NCBI RefSeq assembly: GCF_902459465.1
Contig: NC_047073.1
Span: 11,842,001-11,906,000 of the forward strand
Length of the DNA: 64,000 bases
DNA from: Asterias rubens
Taxonomy: Eukaryota
Direction of reading: 5' to 3'
Within the stretch, counting starts at the first letter, position 1. The number at the start of each line of letters is the position of its first letter. Below the pieces are notes generated by a model that was not told the DNA's origin, did no database searches, and worked only from the letters and a program-made list of their open reading frames with translations. A program made the position numbers and the translations under genes. Of this stretch, positions 24,301-35,306 are shown piece after piece.

Positions 24301-27300
24301 GTACTTTTTTATTTTGATTGTGCCGAGTGTCATGACAGAGTGGTTTAAAGCACTGAATGCAAGTTCTGGTGTTTAAGTGATCGGAGTGTGGGTTCGAATT
24401 CCGGTCATGTCACTTGTGGTCCTTGAGCAAGATGCTTTACTATAATTCCTTCTCTTCACCCAGGGGTATTGTATTAATGGGTACCTTTCAACACCTTGTC
24501 AACGGACGGTGACAGTTTTTACTGTTTTCTTGGCAAATAGATCTTGTATTCAGCTTAAACTTATGGCTTTGTATGTATCTTTCTTTATAATTTTACCTAT
24601 AAATCAGCATTACATTGAACAAAAACGATCAATGACCCTACATTTAAGCAGCCAAAAGAAAAAAAACACTTGGTTTGCCCTACTTAGCCAAGCGCCTTTC
24701 ACACCAATTTTCCTCATGTCTTTCCTATGTTTTGATATATTACTTGAAACTGTTTTGCTTCTTTCCAAAGTAACGGCCGATCTTCAAGCCGCCGTCAGCA
24801 AGCTGACAGCAAGGGTCAACGCCCTGGAGGGTGGGTCCTCTGGAGCACCCAAATCCACCGCATCTGCACCTGTAAGTTTTTGTATATTAAAGGGATTGGG
24901 CGAGTTAGTCTATTAAAAGCGTTTGAAACCGAATGATCATCATCATCATCATCATCAGTCGGCTGTACAGCAGGCAGACACAAGCTTTTCCCATTCTCTC
25001 CTGTCTTGTGCTATTCTCCGAATCTCAAGGGGGGAGAGCAGAAAATCTGGGGAGACTAATCTTCCGATGTACTCAGGGTACAGCAGGCGCTAACGACCTT
25101 GTTTGCGCCGGCCATGCGATGGGGAGTATTGAGCATAGATGTTGAGTGGCCCGTTGGCGGGTTTCTGTAGGATGCGTCCAACCCATCTGAGTTTTTGTTT
25201 TTGGATAACCGAATAATATGAAATTCATATTGTTAGAAAGATGTTTTAAAAGTTTAGTATAACGATCCACACATATATGCCTCGAAAGTGCTTTGTTTTT
25301 CTTTTCCTTTACCCCAAATTGGGGTGACGTGTTAGTTCACATCCCATGTATTTCACAACAAACAGTTTCAGAAGCTTTTCATAGACCAACTCGCCAAATC
25401 CAAGGCAACGTGTCCCTTTAACCCAGACAACTTCCAAGTTTTTCCTTCATTATTTTGACTGCATTTGCAAGAGTTTCACATGCTCGTTCTATGCAGTGCA
25501 GAAATTTTTTGCAGAAGTACATGTCATCCAGATAGAATGAAGCAGTTATCCAACTTTTTTTCTTTTTTTTACGACAACAATAGTGTGACCAAAGTTCGTG
25601 CTTAGATTGGTTTCTGACCATCAGTGTTGTATTCTTGACCAATTTTAGTGGTGGGCTCTAAATCCAATTTAGTCCACCAAGAGAGAGCGGTTCAACAAAA
25701 TAATTCATTTTTAGATAAGGGGGCCATCACTGCTGAAGTGCAATCAGGGGGCAATCTGTGCTGAGCAGCACAGTGTATTTTGCTCAGAGTGCTGGGCGAA
25801 GTTTGTTAGTTCTTGGCAAGCTCGCCCCGGCACCGCCCACTGTGGCTACAACACTGCTCACGATACAAACTTTTAAACCCTGTTTGTTAATTCTATTCTT
25901 GTTTGTTGTTGTTTTGTTTGAATACTTAGCCTGCAGCCTCAAAGCAAGAGGAAGAAGAAGAAGACTCAGATTCTGATGTTGATCTCTTCGGTGATGACGA
26001 TGATGAGGTAGGTCTTTAAGATTAAAACAGACGACCCAATCTTATTTATGATTTCGCATGTTAAAGGCACTGGACACTATTGGTTATTACTCAAAACAAT
26101 TGTTAGCTTAAAAACTTGCTTGGTAAAGCGCAATGAAGAGTTGTTGATAGCTCCCTCTGAAGTAATGTAGTATTTGAGACAGTACCTTCTCTCTAAAATA
26201 TTTGAATTTAATATCATTCACTGTGGCTGGATTGATAATTCTCTGTGCCAGCCTACAATTTGATGTGTGATGAGTGTCTACACAGTATACAGTTAACCCT
26301 CCTACTGTCTGACCATTCAATATCATCCACTAAGGTTATGAATGATTGTAAACTATGCCAGCCTGCAATACCATATCATGTGGTAAATGCATCCACCCAG
26401 TACACACTTGTTGGCATGTTTTAGTTCTTTGCACAGTTGTGTCAGCCTACACAACCCTTACAGTTGAATGGTTTCAAATGGTCAGTCAACTCACTTTTTT
26501 TCACAGAACTCGAGAAAGTACTGAGTAAACAGAAAAGTACTGAGTAAACGGTGTTGACACACATCAGTGTATGGGTAAAATAAAAAAATAATAATATGAT
26601 TTATCCCTGATGCAAATTTAACATCTATTATAACATCGTTGCGGTACCCGCTGCCAAAACATAGGATTCAAACTGCCCTCTAGCTACCGGGCAATCACGG
26701 TAGTCTAGTTGGTAAGACACTGCTCTAGAATTGCAAATGTCGTGGGTTCGAATCCCACCCGAGTAATATGACTGATATTTTTTTCACAGGACTGGGGAAA
26801 GTTCTGAGTATACAGTGCTAACACACATCGGTGTATGGGTAAAAAAAAAACTAAAGAGTAAGAGAATGGCTGCATGGCTTATTTTGTTTCTGTCTGGTTA
26901 CTTTTTGTTTGCAGGAAGACGACTCCCTTGCAAAGATGCAAGCTGAGAAAAAAGCAGCACAGGATGCTCAAAAGAAAACTAGTAAGTTTTTTTTTTTCTT
27001 CACAGGCGCGGATGGAGGGGTGGGTTGGTATGGGGGAGGGGAGGGGGGTTGTCATAATTTCTCCCAAGGCCTCGAACCTCTCTCTTGAAGGAGCACAGCA
27101 GTGGCGCTCTGGTAGGGGACATTTATATGAGGAAAATGTTACTTTTGTACCTCAAACTTTGCAAGGGGCACCACAGCAAAAGCACAGGTGCATTGGGAGG
27201 CCTTTTCCCCCTGCTCTCAGCGACATTTTTGTTCCTGTTGTAAACTCTTAACTTGTGCTATTTTATGTAGTCCTACTCTCGCTTGTTATTTGGGACTGCA

Positions 27301-30300
27301 GCCCTCATTCCTCCACTATCCTCCATTATTAAACGATATTGTTTACATGTACTCCTTTCCTGTTACTAATGTGACATGGATACTTTGTTGTCTTCCCTAC
27401 AGAAAAAGTTGTCATTGCAAAGTCCAATATCATTCTGGATGTCAAACCGGTAAGCTCAACCAAAACAATATTTCTCATTTTCTCCCAGCAAACTTGAATC
27501 CTTGACTGTCATTGGTGGATCCATGGCAACAACAGTATGATATTGATCCACCTTCTGTGTATTACTCTGTTCTCACTAATTGTTTAATGGTATGTTAAGC
27601 TCACTTGAAGAAAAATTCTGTGTGATGTTGACCTATATAGCATGGTCAATATCACCTTCTGTATATTACTCTGTTCTAACTCTTTGTTTTATGGTAGGTT
27701 AAGCTCACTTAAAGATTAGTTCTGTGTGATGTTGACCCATATAGCATGGTCAATATCGCCTTCTGTGTATTACTCTGTTCTAACTCTTTGTTTTATGGTA
27801 TGTTAAGCTCACTTGAAGATAAATTCTGTGTGATGTTGACCCATATACATGTAGCATGCTCCTTATCGCCTTCTGTGTATTACTCTGTTCTAACTCTTTG
27901 TTTTATGGTATGTTAAGCTCACTTGAAGGTAAATTCCCTTACAGAGGAAGGGAAATTACCCTACAGAGGAAGGGAAATTACCCCTATTTTTCTCAGAATT
28001 ATGTCATCAGATGTTTTGATAGTTGACAAAATTTTGCACTGGAAGGGTATCAAATGCAATGACAATTCACACCATTTTACTTTCCTCCCACATTTTGAAC
28101 AAGTATTTTGTTTTGCTTACAGTCTTTTAAAGTTTAATTTAATGTACTTTTTACCCATTTGAGGCAGACAAATCTACATGTATATATGCAATGTGTATAA
28201 TTTAATATTTCTTATAATTCAACTGGTTACTTTCCATTTTATTGTGTGTTTAATTGTTGTCTACTTAGATTTTGATATTTTTATCTGGTTAATTGTCATA
28301 ATGCATTTTGACCTGTGTGTAAACACAGTCGTTACGCTGCTCTATGAAATTAGGCCCAGGGGCCGATTTCACAAAGCAATCAAATTCATCGCAAGACAAA
28401 TTTTCAGTATCACCATAGAGATTTGTATTGTGACATCACACTTTACTTAGCAACTACGATTGATTTGAAGTTACGATCAATTTGAGATCTTTGTGAAATC
28501 GGCCCCAGGTCCTCAAGCCATTTTCAGGAATGTTCACAATTGGAAAATCTCATCCCTATACAGAGAGACAAGTACAAGTGTTTGCGCCAAATTCAATGAT
28601 TGTTTCATTAACAATTTGTTCTTTCTCCTTTTTTTTTTTGTCTCTTTCTTATTTTTTTCTTTGATGCCCATCACTGACTTCAGTGGGATGATGAGACAGG
28701 TAATTTTCCTTTTGTTTCCTGATTGTTATTATTGTTAATGTAGACCTATTTCCACTCACTTTTTAAATGCTTTTTGATGATCTCATGTTCATGTACTACT
28801 GGCTTGTCCAGATTTTTGGCTTCCATTGTATTTTTTGTTTTGCTGATTCTTTATTTTAAATTCTTGCATTTAAAAAGTGTTATTAGTTTAATGTAAATTT
28901 TATGTACATTTTATTTTTCCCTATTTACAAAAATGTGTTTTTGTCGTTCTTTTTGTATGTATTTTGTGCAGTTGTTTTTACTATATGCATTTTGCTGTTA
29001 TTATCGTTTTAAAATGTCTTTTTAATGTTTGGGCCATTTTTTCGTATGATGTTGTTGTAGATGCTGGGCACCACTGAAAAACAGTGTTTTGCTGAGAGGT
29101 TCTCTCGAGGATAACTAGTAAACAAAGAAATAAATATATTAAAAAAACTGATAGTTTTCTAACATTTTCTCGTTTAAATGCAGATATGGCTGAAATTGAG
29201 AAAGCTGTCCGCACTGTTCAATGCGATGGCCTGAAGTGGGGAGCATGTAAGTTACTACTTTAATAATGTGTTTCTCAAACCAATAAGAAATGTGTATATA
29301 CCTGTACACCGGTGTGAGTTAAAGGGAAGGTATACCTTTCGTATTCACTCGCCAAATTAATGGCAATAAAAACTTTTGATTAGAAGCTTACAACAGCTTT
29401 CGGGTGTGTAAAGTATTTTTAGAAACATTTCACTACGATGTAATGTGGTCATGTAAAAAATAACGTTTTTATGGCCCCAAATTTGAATCTGAGATGCGTT
29501 ACTACTTTAGCTTTTTTTTAGTGAGAAAATGACCTCTTTCTCAAAAACTCTGTTACTGAGTCGTTTCTCACAATGCTTTCCACAGTTATCAACAGCTCTC
29601 CGTTGCTAATTCTTATGCTGATGTATATTTTGAGTACTAACCAAACGTGTCCAGTTCCTTTGATCAAGTTTCCGTTTAAAACCAAACTGTCCCTTCCAAA
29701 TCTTTTTTTTTAGCTAAATTAGTACCAGTTGGATACGGAATTAAGAAGCTCCAGATCACCTGCGTTGTAGAAGACGACAAAGTCGGCACAGACCTCCTAG
29801 AGGAGGAGATCACCAAATTTGAAGACCTTGTAAGTGTATTATTGTTTTTCTCTCCTTCTCTTGAACAAATGATAAAGTGCAGTTTTTTTTTTTTTTTATG
29901 CAATTGTCAAAAGTTTTTCTCAATTAACCTGAATGTCTTTTGTGGATGTAGTATTTGCATGCACACCATGTAGCCTGTAACGTCACTTTATTCTCCTGAA
30001 GACGAGCAGAGTATACTGTTTGAAACGTCGAGACCAAACCGGCTCTTTTCACAGCCAACACCTGCCCTGAGAGATTTAACATTTGTGTCCATCAGTGTTT
30101 CATGCTTTTTTAATTGAATGTATTGTTCTGTCCCACCGCTGCTTACTCGCTGACAGTTAGTTTTGCGCATGTGGGAAATTGTTGACGAGCGCCCTCTTGA
30201 GTCAAAATCGTAAACAAAACATAGCCTTTCAACCGTTGAAAACGATCTGGGGTCATCGCGATTTTTGACCAATTAAAAGCCAAGATGGAAAACTAAACAT

Positions 30301-31614
30301 GAATATGCAATGAAGTTAGTTGCGATGGTCGGATTTTGAGTCGAATTGATCCTTCAAAATCTACGTAATGTGAATTTTCTTGTTGAGAAATAGACCTCAC
30401 ACGTAAGAAATATATAACAACTGATGTTTTCCACTCAAAATTGAGAAAGCAAACCCTTTGAAAACAATTCCCTGTTTATTTTTGTAACACATGACGACGT
30501 TCTGGTGAAGAATTTTTATCAAGGGTAATGTACACAAGCATTGGGCAATTGCGCTTTTTGTGACGTGTGCACATTGTATAAACATTGTGCAGTGTATGCG
30601 TTTGTTAAGTTTGTATGTGAAACATGTAGGCCGCGTCAGAAAAACGTCGGTGGAATCCCACTGATTTTGATAATTCCAGAGAGGGTTTGCTGCTATATAA
30701 ACGGAATAATTTGATAAAATAATAATTTTCCTCTACAACAAACATTGTTTTAATATCAGGGAAATTCAATTTTACTCACAACAGTCTAACAAAACTCATC
30801 GTTGACGTCATTCGGTCTCGCTGTTAAAGTCATAGAAACATGCACAAAACAGCGATGGGGTCACTGCTATGAATAATTCATCTCATGTTGGACTTTCTGA
30901 AAATCTCGCGCATGCGCAAAACTAATTGGCACTCGATGTAGAGCTCTGAACAGCGGTGGTCCTATGATTGATATTTTATTATCTTGATTTGTTATAATAT
31001 GCTTTTGATTTTCTTTATTTTTATATTCATGTATACTATTTGTTGGCGGGGGCTGGGAGGGCACATTGCTTTGATGAAAATTTTCAACAATGTTTGCCTT
31101 GCTCTGGACGGCCCCTGCCAACAAAGAATTATGTCTGAAGATTTAAAATAAATTTTATCTGTGAGAGGGCAAGGCCATTTTTATTTTTTAGTTCATGCCT
31201 GGATTTTGACAATATTCAATCCAGAAAGGCATCAAATTTGACCTGTAGACTGGTGGTAAATTTCCTTTTTGTTGGTATTCAATTACGCCAAGTTTCAAAT
31301 TGACCATCCATTAAGCAAATTGAGTTAAAATAACTTTCTGCTAATATATTGTTAAATTGATTCCTTTGTGGTTTATTATTTGATATAATTTTTATTTGAT
31401 CTATAACTTATATTTAGTAATAATTATTTAAGATTGTGTGGAATTTTGTTGTGTATTGCATGTTTGCAGGGAAACCTTCCTTTAATTAAATTGAAGTAAA
31501 TTAAATTAAAAAAGAATTCTCCGTTAAAGTTTGTGTTTCTCCGTTAAAGTTTGTGTTTTTACGTTTGCCTTTCAGGTTCAAAGTGTTGACATCGCCGCCT
31601 TCAACAAAGTCTAG
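18393..31614 (+). CDS. EEF1D: Elongation factor 1-delta (eEF1B-delta), 11 coding exons, 270 aa
   Basis: Exons 18393-18506, 21404-21481, 24178-24271, 24771-24871, 25930-26007, 26915-26981, 27403-27449, 28684-28699, 29184-29246, 29714-29829, 31576-31614 total 813 nt. N-term [14 protein letters not shown], leucine zipper, DVDLFG acidic region, [17 protein letters not shown] and [24 protein letters not shown], ends [12 protein letters not shown]. In-frame TAA upstream of the ATG. Confidence 0.96.
19631..19807. mobile_element. hAT-like MITE with 6-bp TSD
   Basis: AAAGAT|CAGGCCTG ... CAGGCCTG|AAAGAT. Confidence 0.6.
20667..20979. mobile_element. Harbinger/Tourist-like MITE
   Basis: TIR GCCCTTTTCACACT / AGTGTGAAAAGGGC. 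Confidence 0.6.
20984..21364. mobile_element. Kolobok-type MITE, family A
   Basis: TTAA-flanked family-A TIRs; ends 39 nt before the EEF1D exon at 21404. Confidence 0.85.
21713..22066. mobile_element. Kolobok-type MITE, family B
   Basis: TTAA|AGGAACACGTTGCC...GGCAACGTGTTCCT|TTAA. Confidence 0.8.
23333..23729. mobile_element. Unclassified MITE
   Basis: TIR CAGAGCTGCCAACA / TGTTGGCAGCTCTG; no clear TSD. Confidence 0.5.
24322..24486 (+). mobile_element. tRNA-derived SINE
   Basis: A box-like GAGTGGTTTAAAGC, B box GGTTCGAATTCC, then TCCTTGAGCAAGATGCTT core. Confidence 0.6.
24934..25200 (-). mobile_element. RTE-clade LINE 3' end
   Basis: Minus strand translates [11 protein letters not shown]...GRRKQGR...[11 protein letters not shown] followed by a (GAT)n tail. 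Confidence 0.65.
26065..26210. mobile_element. Kolobok-type MITE family A, partial
   Basis: TTAA|AGGCACTGGACACTATTGG left end only. Confidence 0.6.
26690..26850 (+). mobile_element. tRNA-derived SINE
   Basis: TAGTCTAGTTGGTAAGAC (A box), GGTTCGAATCCC (B box), 3' part repeated upstream at about 26490-26580. Confidence 0.6.
27545..27930. repeat. ~104-bp minisatellite, ~3.5 copies
   Basis: TTCTGTGTGATGTTGACC recurs at 27615, 27720, 27824. Confidence 0.85.
28360..28505. mobile_element. PIF/Harbinger-type MITE
   Basis: CAG|GGGCCGATTTCACAAAG ... CTTTGTGAAATCGGCCC|CAG. Confidence 0.8.
29992..30033 (+). ncRNA. Minimal type I hammerhead ribozyme-like motif (Penelope-type)
   Basis: TCTC-CTGAAGA-C-GAGCAG(AGTATA)CTGTTT-GAAAC-GTC-GAGA: helix I, CUGANGA core, helix II, GAAA, loopless helix III. 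Confidence 0.6.
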
Positions 31615-31869
31615 ACAATGAAAACCCAGCTATGCAAAATATGGTCACCAGAAACACAGATTTAGAAATGTTCCCCTTGAAAGAATTTACAAAACTATTC
31701 TGAAGTGCCTAGTTTCCATTTTAAACAGTTTCGTCCGATGTCCCAAGTCATTTGTTGCTAAAACGCACCCTGGGGACTTGACCCAAGTCTGCACCTGTAA
31801 GTGTAAGTGACGGTAGTAGGAAAGGTCAAACCTTTACACAAGAAGGAACAAGTGTAGTGTCCACTGTTG

Positions 31870-32025
31870 TCGTACCTCACAGTATAAGGTAGTACCTCAA
31901 AACATGAGGTAATACCTCACAATAATCATGGTATTACCTCACACATTAAGGTAGTACCTCGTAAAATATGGTAGTACCTCAAAACATATGGTAGTACCTC
32001 ACAATGTAAGATAGAACCTCACATT
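31870..32025. repeat. ~20-bp minisatellite with palindromic GGTAGTACCTCA core, 8 units
   Basis: TACCTC at 31873, 31893, 31913, 31935, 31955, 31975, 31995, plus AACCTC at 32015. Confidence 0.85.
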
Positions 32026-32554
32026 ATATGACTTGATATTTCAGAGTACACACTGTTGAACCATTAACTTCAGAGCGGGGGCCAATTTCATAAAGCCTTG
32101 GGTGCATTTTGTTTGCGGTCCTTACCAAAATCTGCTTCGATTGAATTGGCCATTTGTTAATCAATGTAGGCCTATTGGTTTGTGAAAGTTTCATTGAAAT
32201 CGGTTTGTTCCATTCTTTAAAGGTATGTTTCATTTAATAAGCCGTACTTTTTCAGTACTACAAAGAAACAACAATACCTTTTTTGAACAGCAGTCTAGCA
32301 ACATTGGTTATTATCAAATCAAGGTTCATCATCCTCTGCAAGTTGATCTTGCTGTTGGAGTGGGACTTGAGTATTCAGTTGTATTTAACTAATGTCATAA
32401 CTGAACATTATCAACATGACCGACTTATTACTGCAGAGAGCACAACCCACGCTGGGGTGGTTGATTTGTAATTTAAATAAAAGAATGAATTAATAATTAA
32501 ATATACAATGCCATCCATTTTCTGAAGTTTGTTTTTTGGTTATTTGTTTCTTTG

Positions 32555-32810
32555 TTTAGATGATTTTGCCAACAGTGGAACTCGTCAAAGCTCCCACAAG
32601 GGGATATAAATGCCAAGCTGGTAACGGCCAATCTCTCTCATACAAACATAAGTTTAATACGTTAGGAATTGCACAAATCAAGAAACTGTGATTCGGTAAC
32701 TAGATGACAATATTTATTCTATTCATTGTGGAATCAGCGGTTAGCTTGGTACGGTTGGAACCCACAACCTTGTGATTGCAAGTCCTGCAGTCTAACACTT
32801 AAACACAGGG
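32555..32810 (-). mobile_element. tRNA-headed SINE-like repeat (uninterrupted copy)
   Basis: Collinear with 2195-2945 after removal of the two MITEs. Confidence 0.6.
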
Positions 32811-33990
32811 TGACCTGTTGTCCAATGCAGCAATTGTCCACACATGGTGTACCCTTTTGGACATTTAGTATACAATTTGGTGCATGACCGTACCCCCCCC
32901 CCCCTTCTATTTTGTCATGGTAATGTCATGTCAAGTGATTTGGCAGTCTTTATTAAATGCAATTTCCTTTGCCTTGCATCTCGTATGAGTTACGAGTAGT
33001 TGTGTGGTGTCGGTTTTTTCGCAACTAACGCCTGGAAGGAAGGCTATTACATGTACCTTTATAGGATACTTTACACGGTGCCTGAAAGGAAACGAAGCTA
33101 CGTCTATAGATGAATGATTTATCACGGAACCTTTATATCTCTCCAAAAATAAACTCGACAAAATAAAAAAAATTGACCCGTGTAGAAACTGTGACACCGA
33201 CACACGCATACTGCAGTTATGATTATATACAAACATTTATTTGATCTGCAAGTGGTTTTCAATCGGTTGTACTTTTGAAGAGCTACCGTCATTTATAGCT
33301 GTAAAATATTTAGGGTGAGTCTGAAAGCTTAATGATTATGAAGCTCATATTATTATGAGGCTCATTCACGTGTATGTGCAATATCCCCTCTGAAATGAGG
33401 TCACTATACGAGAAAAGTGGGCCTCTCTGAAAACCTTTTAAAAAACCTTTAAAAAACGCAACAGCTGTGTTCAAATGTTGCACATGCTGAATAATCATTA
33501 TGCATGGTTCACTATTTTCTTCCGACTCACAAAAAACATGAACATTGTCTGCAACTATTGTATCACTTCTACCATTCCTGTATAAATGCTATTCATGAAA
33601 CTTGAAAATAGATTGCATTATTTTGGGATTAAACGAATTTTATGGTAAAACGTTTACACAGTCAGCCAGGCTTGGCATGAGATTCTATCCCCTGGAGACT
33701 GTCCAACCATTACGGTGAATTGTGTATATTATTATACAAACTTCTTCTGACACCGAGCTCCCCATGTTGATTCCACCTCCTCCAGTTTTACCGGACAGAA
33801 AATCTCCGGCATACAGATTTCCCTGGGATGTAGGTTTAGCAGGAGGGAGATTCAGTCCCCCATATTGTGACAAATAATTGTGTACATCAAACTTCTTCTG
33901 ATATCTCCCTCTTTTGACCCCCCCCCCCCCCCCCCCCCAGCCTATATTAATTTCGCATTATGGGACAGATTTCCCCTGCATGTATTATGG

Positions 33991-34647
33991 TCAGTGTTTG
34001 TTCAATTTTCTCATCGATGACGCAGCTTGTCTCGTCGAGGCCTCGGTATTTCCCCCAGATTGGCTCACATTCACCCTTGCCATGGACTTGAAAGCCGTGG
34101 GTTTGTCCGGTATCTGCAGCGCCCCCCTCCGGCCCCTCCTCCTCGCCCGGTTCACAAGATCATCCTCCGTTGATGGTTCGTCCCCGTCCAACCCCGGTAT
34201 CTTGCTCGAGCTTTCAAACGCCTCCCGGGATTTCATGCTCCTTTTCTGGCGCATCTCGTCAAACTCCGCTAGCGAGATGCTCCTTGTCGCGACCGGCATA
34301 CTCGCCCGTCGACTATCCTTCAATTTCTCGGCTTGTTCGTGAGTCACCCCTTTCGGGCAGAAGAACCCTTTGGCTGGATCGGCCTGTATGTCTGGATTGA
34401 TCATCTGCAACTCTCGCCTTAGCTGTTTCTGTTCAAGATTGATGAAATGGGTAGTCGATCGGAGATTTTTTTTGTAGACGTCTAGAGTTACTGTCAGTCT
34501 CCTTTGCTCTCGGTCGTTCAACGTCTTGGCGGAGTTGTAGGCTTTACTCTGCTTGACAGCTTTCTTCTCACCAGCTTTCTTACCGTCTCCTTTTTGTTCC
34601 GGCTCCACTGGCCATCTTTGGGCACTTTTAGGTATCACAATTGACAT
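33991..34647 (-). CDS. Uncharacterised 218-aa basic coiled-coil protein, possibly CCDC190/DUF4697-like
   Basis: 657-nt GC-richer ORF, CAAG-ATG context, acceptor-like TTTTTTTCAG at 34807 upstream. NDREQRRL...LEQKQLRREL helix resembles the CCDC190-type motif from memory (unverified). Confidence 0.7.
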   Translation of the reverse strand: MSIVIPKSAQRWPVEPEQKGDGKKAGEKKAVKQSKAYNSAKTLNDREQRRLTVTLDVYKKNLRSTTHFINLEQKQLRRELQMINPDIQADPAKGFFCPKGVTHEQAEKLKDSRRASMPVATRSISLAEFDEMRQKRSMKSREAFESSSKIPGLDGDEPSTEDDLVNRARRRGRRGALQIPDKPTAFKSMARVNVSQSGGNTEASTRQAASSMRKLNKH

Positions 34648-35286
34648 CTTGGAAGCAAATTAGCACTCATAAAACCTTACATTTTCAAAAACAGTCACAC
34701 GATTCCATTTAAAGAACTTCATAAAGTTCTGGTCCAAGTTGTTCAATTTGTTTCAACACTGCACATCCGACATGCTTTACTTAAGTAGACAACTCGCATT
34801 CGGTTTCTGAAAAAAAGGAAAAAATCAAAAATCATTTTAGTTTACAAACTTACAAGCTTCATAAGATTTCTTATTCACCGCAAATCGTCTCGCAAATCGA
34901 TTGTTTTAAGAGATTCGAAAGTTGAGACCTCCTCAATGTGCCAATTTAAATTGATGTTCATCTTGTTCTCAGACGTGTTCTGATCACAAACAGAACGTTT
35001 TTAAAAATTCTTTAAAATAACCCGTCGTGTGCATGGAAGAACAAAAAAAAAGTACATTGATATGCCCGAAGAGAGGGCGTAATTAGAGATCCTTGAGTAC
35101 GCCCCCTTTTTATTGCACACGGAGAAACTTAACAATATAGGCCGGAATGTCGTATCATAAAGGTAGAATTAGTTAAGGTTCCCAATTTGAAAACAATTAT
35201 TAAAACTTGCCTCATTTCGGCAGCTTCCTCGAAGATGGTTTTCAGTCAATGGTAGGCCGCTGTCCGACATTCACACGCCTCCTTGG

Positions 35287-35306
35287 TATAAATGGCGCTG
35301 ACGTCA
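35287..35306. promoter_or_regulatory. TATA-like box and full CRE palindrome in divergent intergenic region
   Basis: TATAAAT 35287-35293 and TGACGTCA 35299-35306 between head-to-head genes. Confidence 0.35.

Noticed and set aside
25769-25844. RSS-like CACAGTG heptamers suggesting a Transib/RAG-like element
   Set aside because: No nonamer at 12/23 spacing, no 5-bp TSD (AGCAG vs GCTAC), no coding trace.
26267-26312. C/D snoRNA (GTGATGA...CTGA)
   Set aside because: Only ~45 nt, and part of a dispersed repeat also seen at about 1990-2160.
28775-28848. C/D snoRNA (TTGATGA...CTGA) next to the microexon
   Set aside because: No terminal stem; the guide before box D is U-rich low complexity, and a 9-nt 18S-like complement is not adjacent to a D' box.
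31870-32025. CRISPR-like repeat/spacer array
   Set aside because: Eukaryotic context, core only ~12 nt, spacers 8-10 nt and related to each other, no cas genes.
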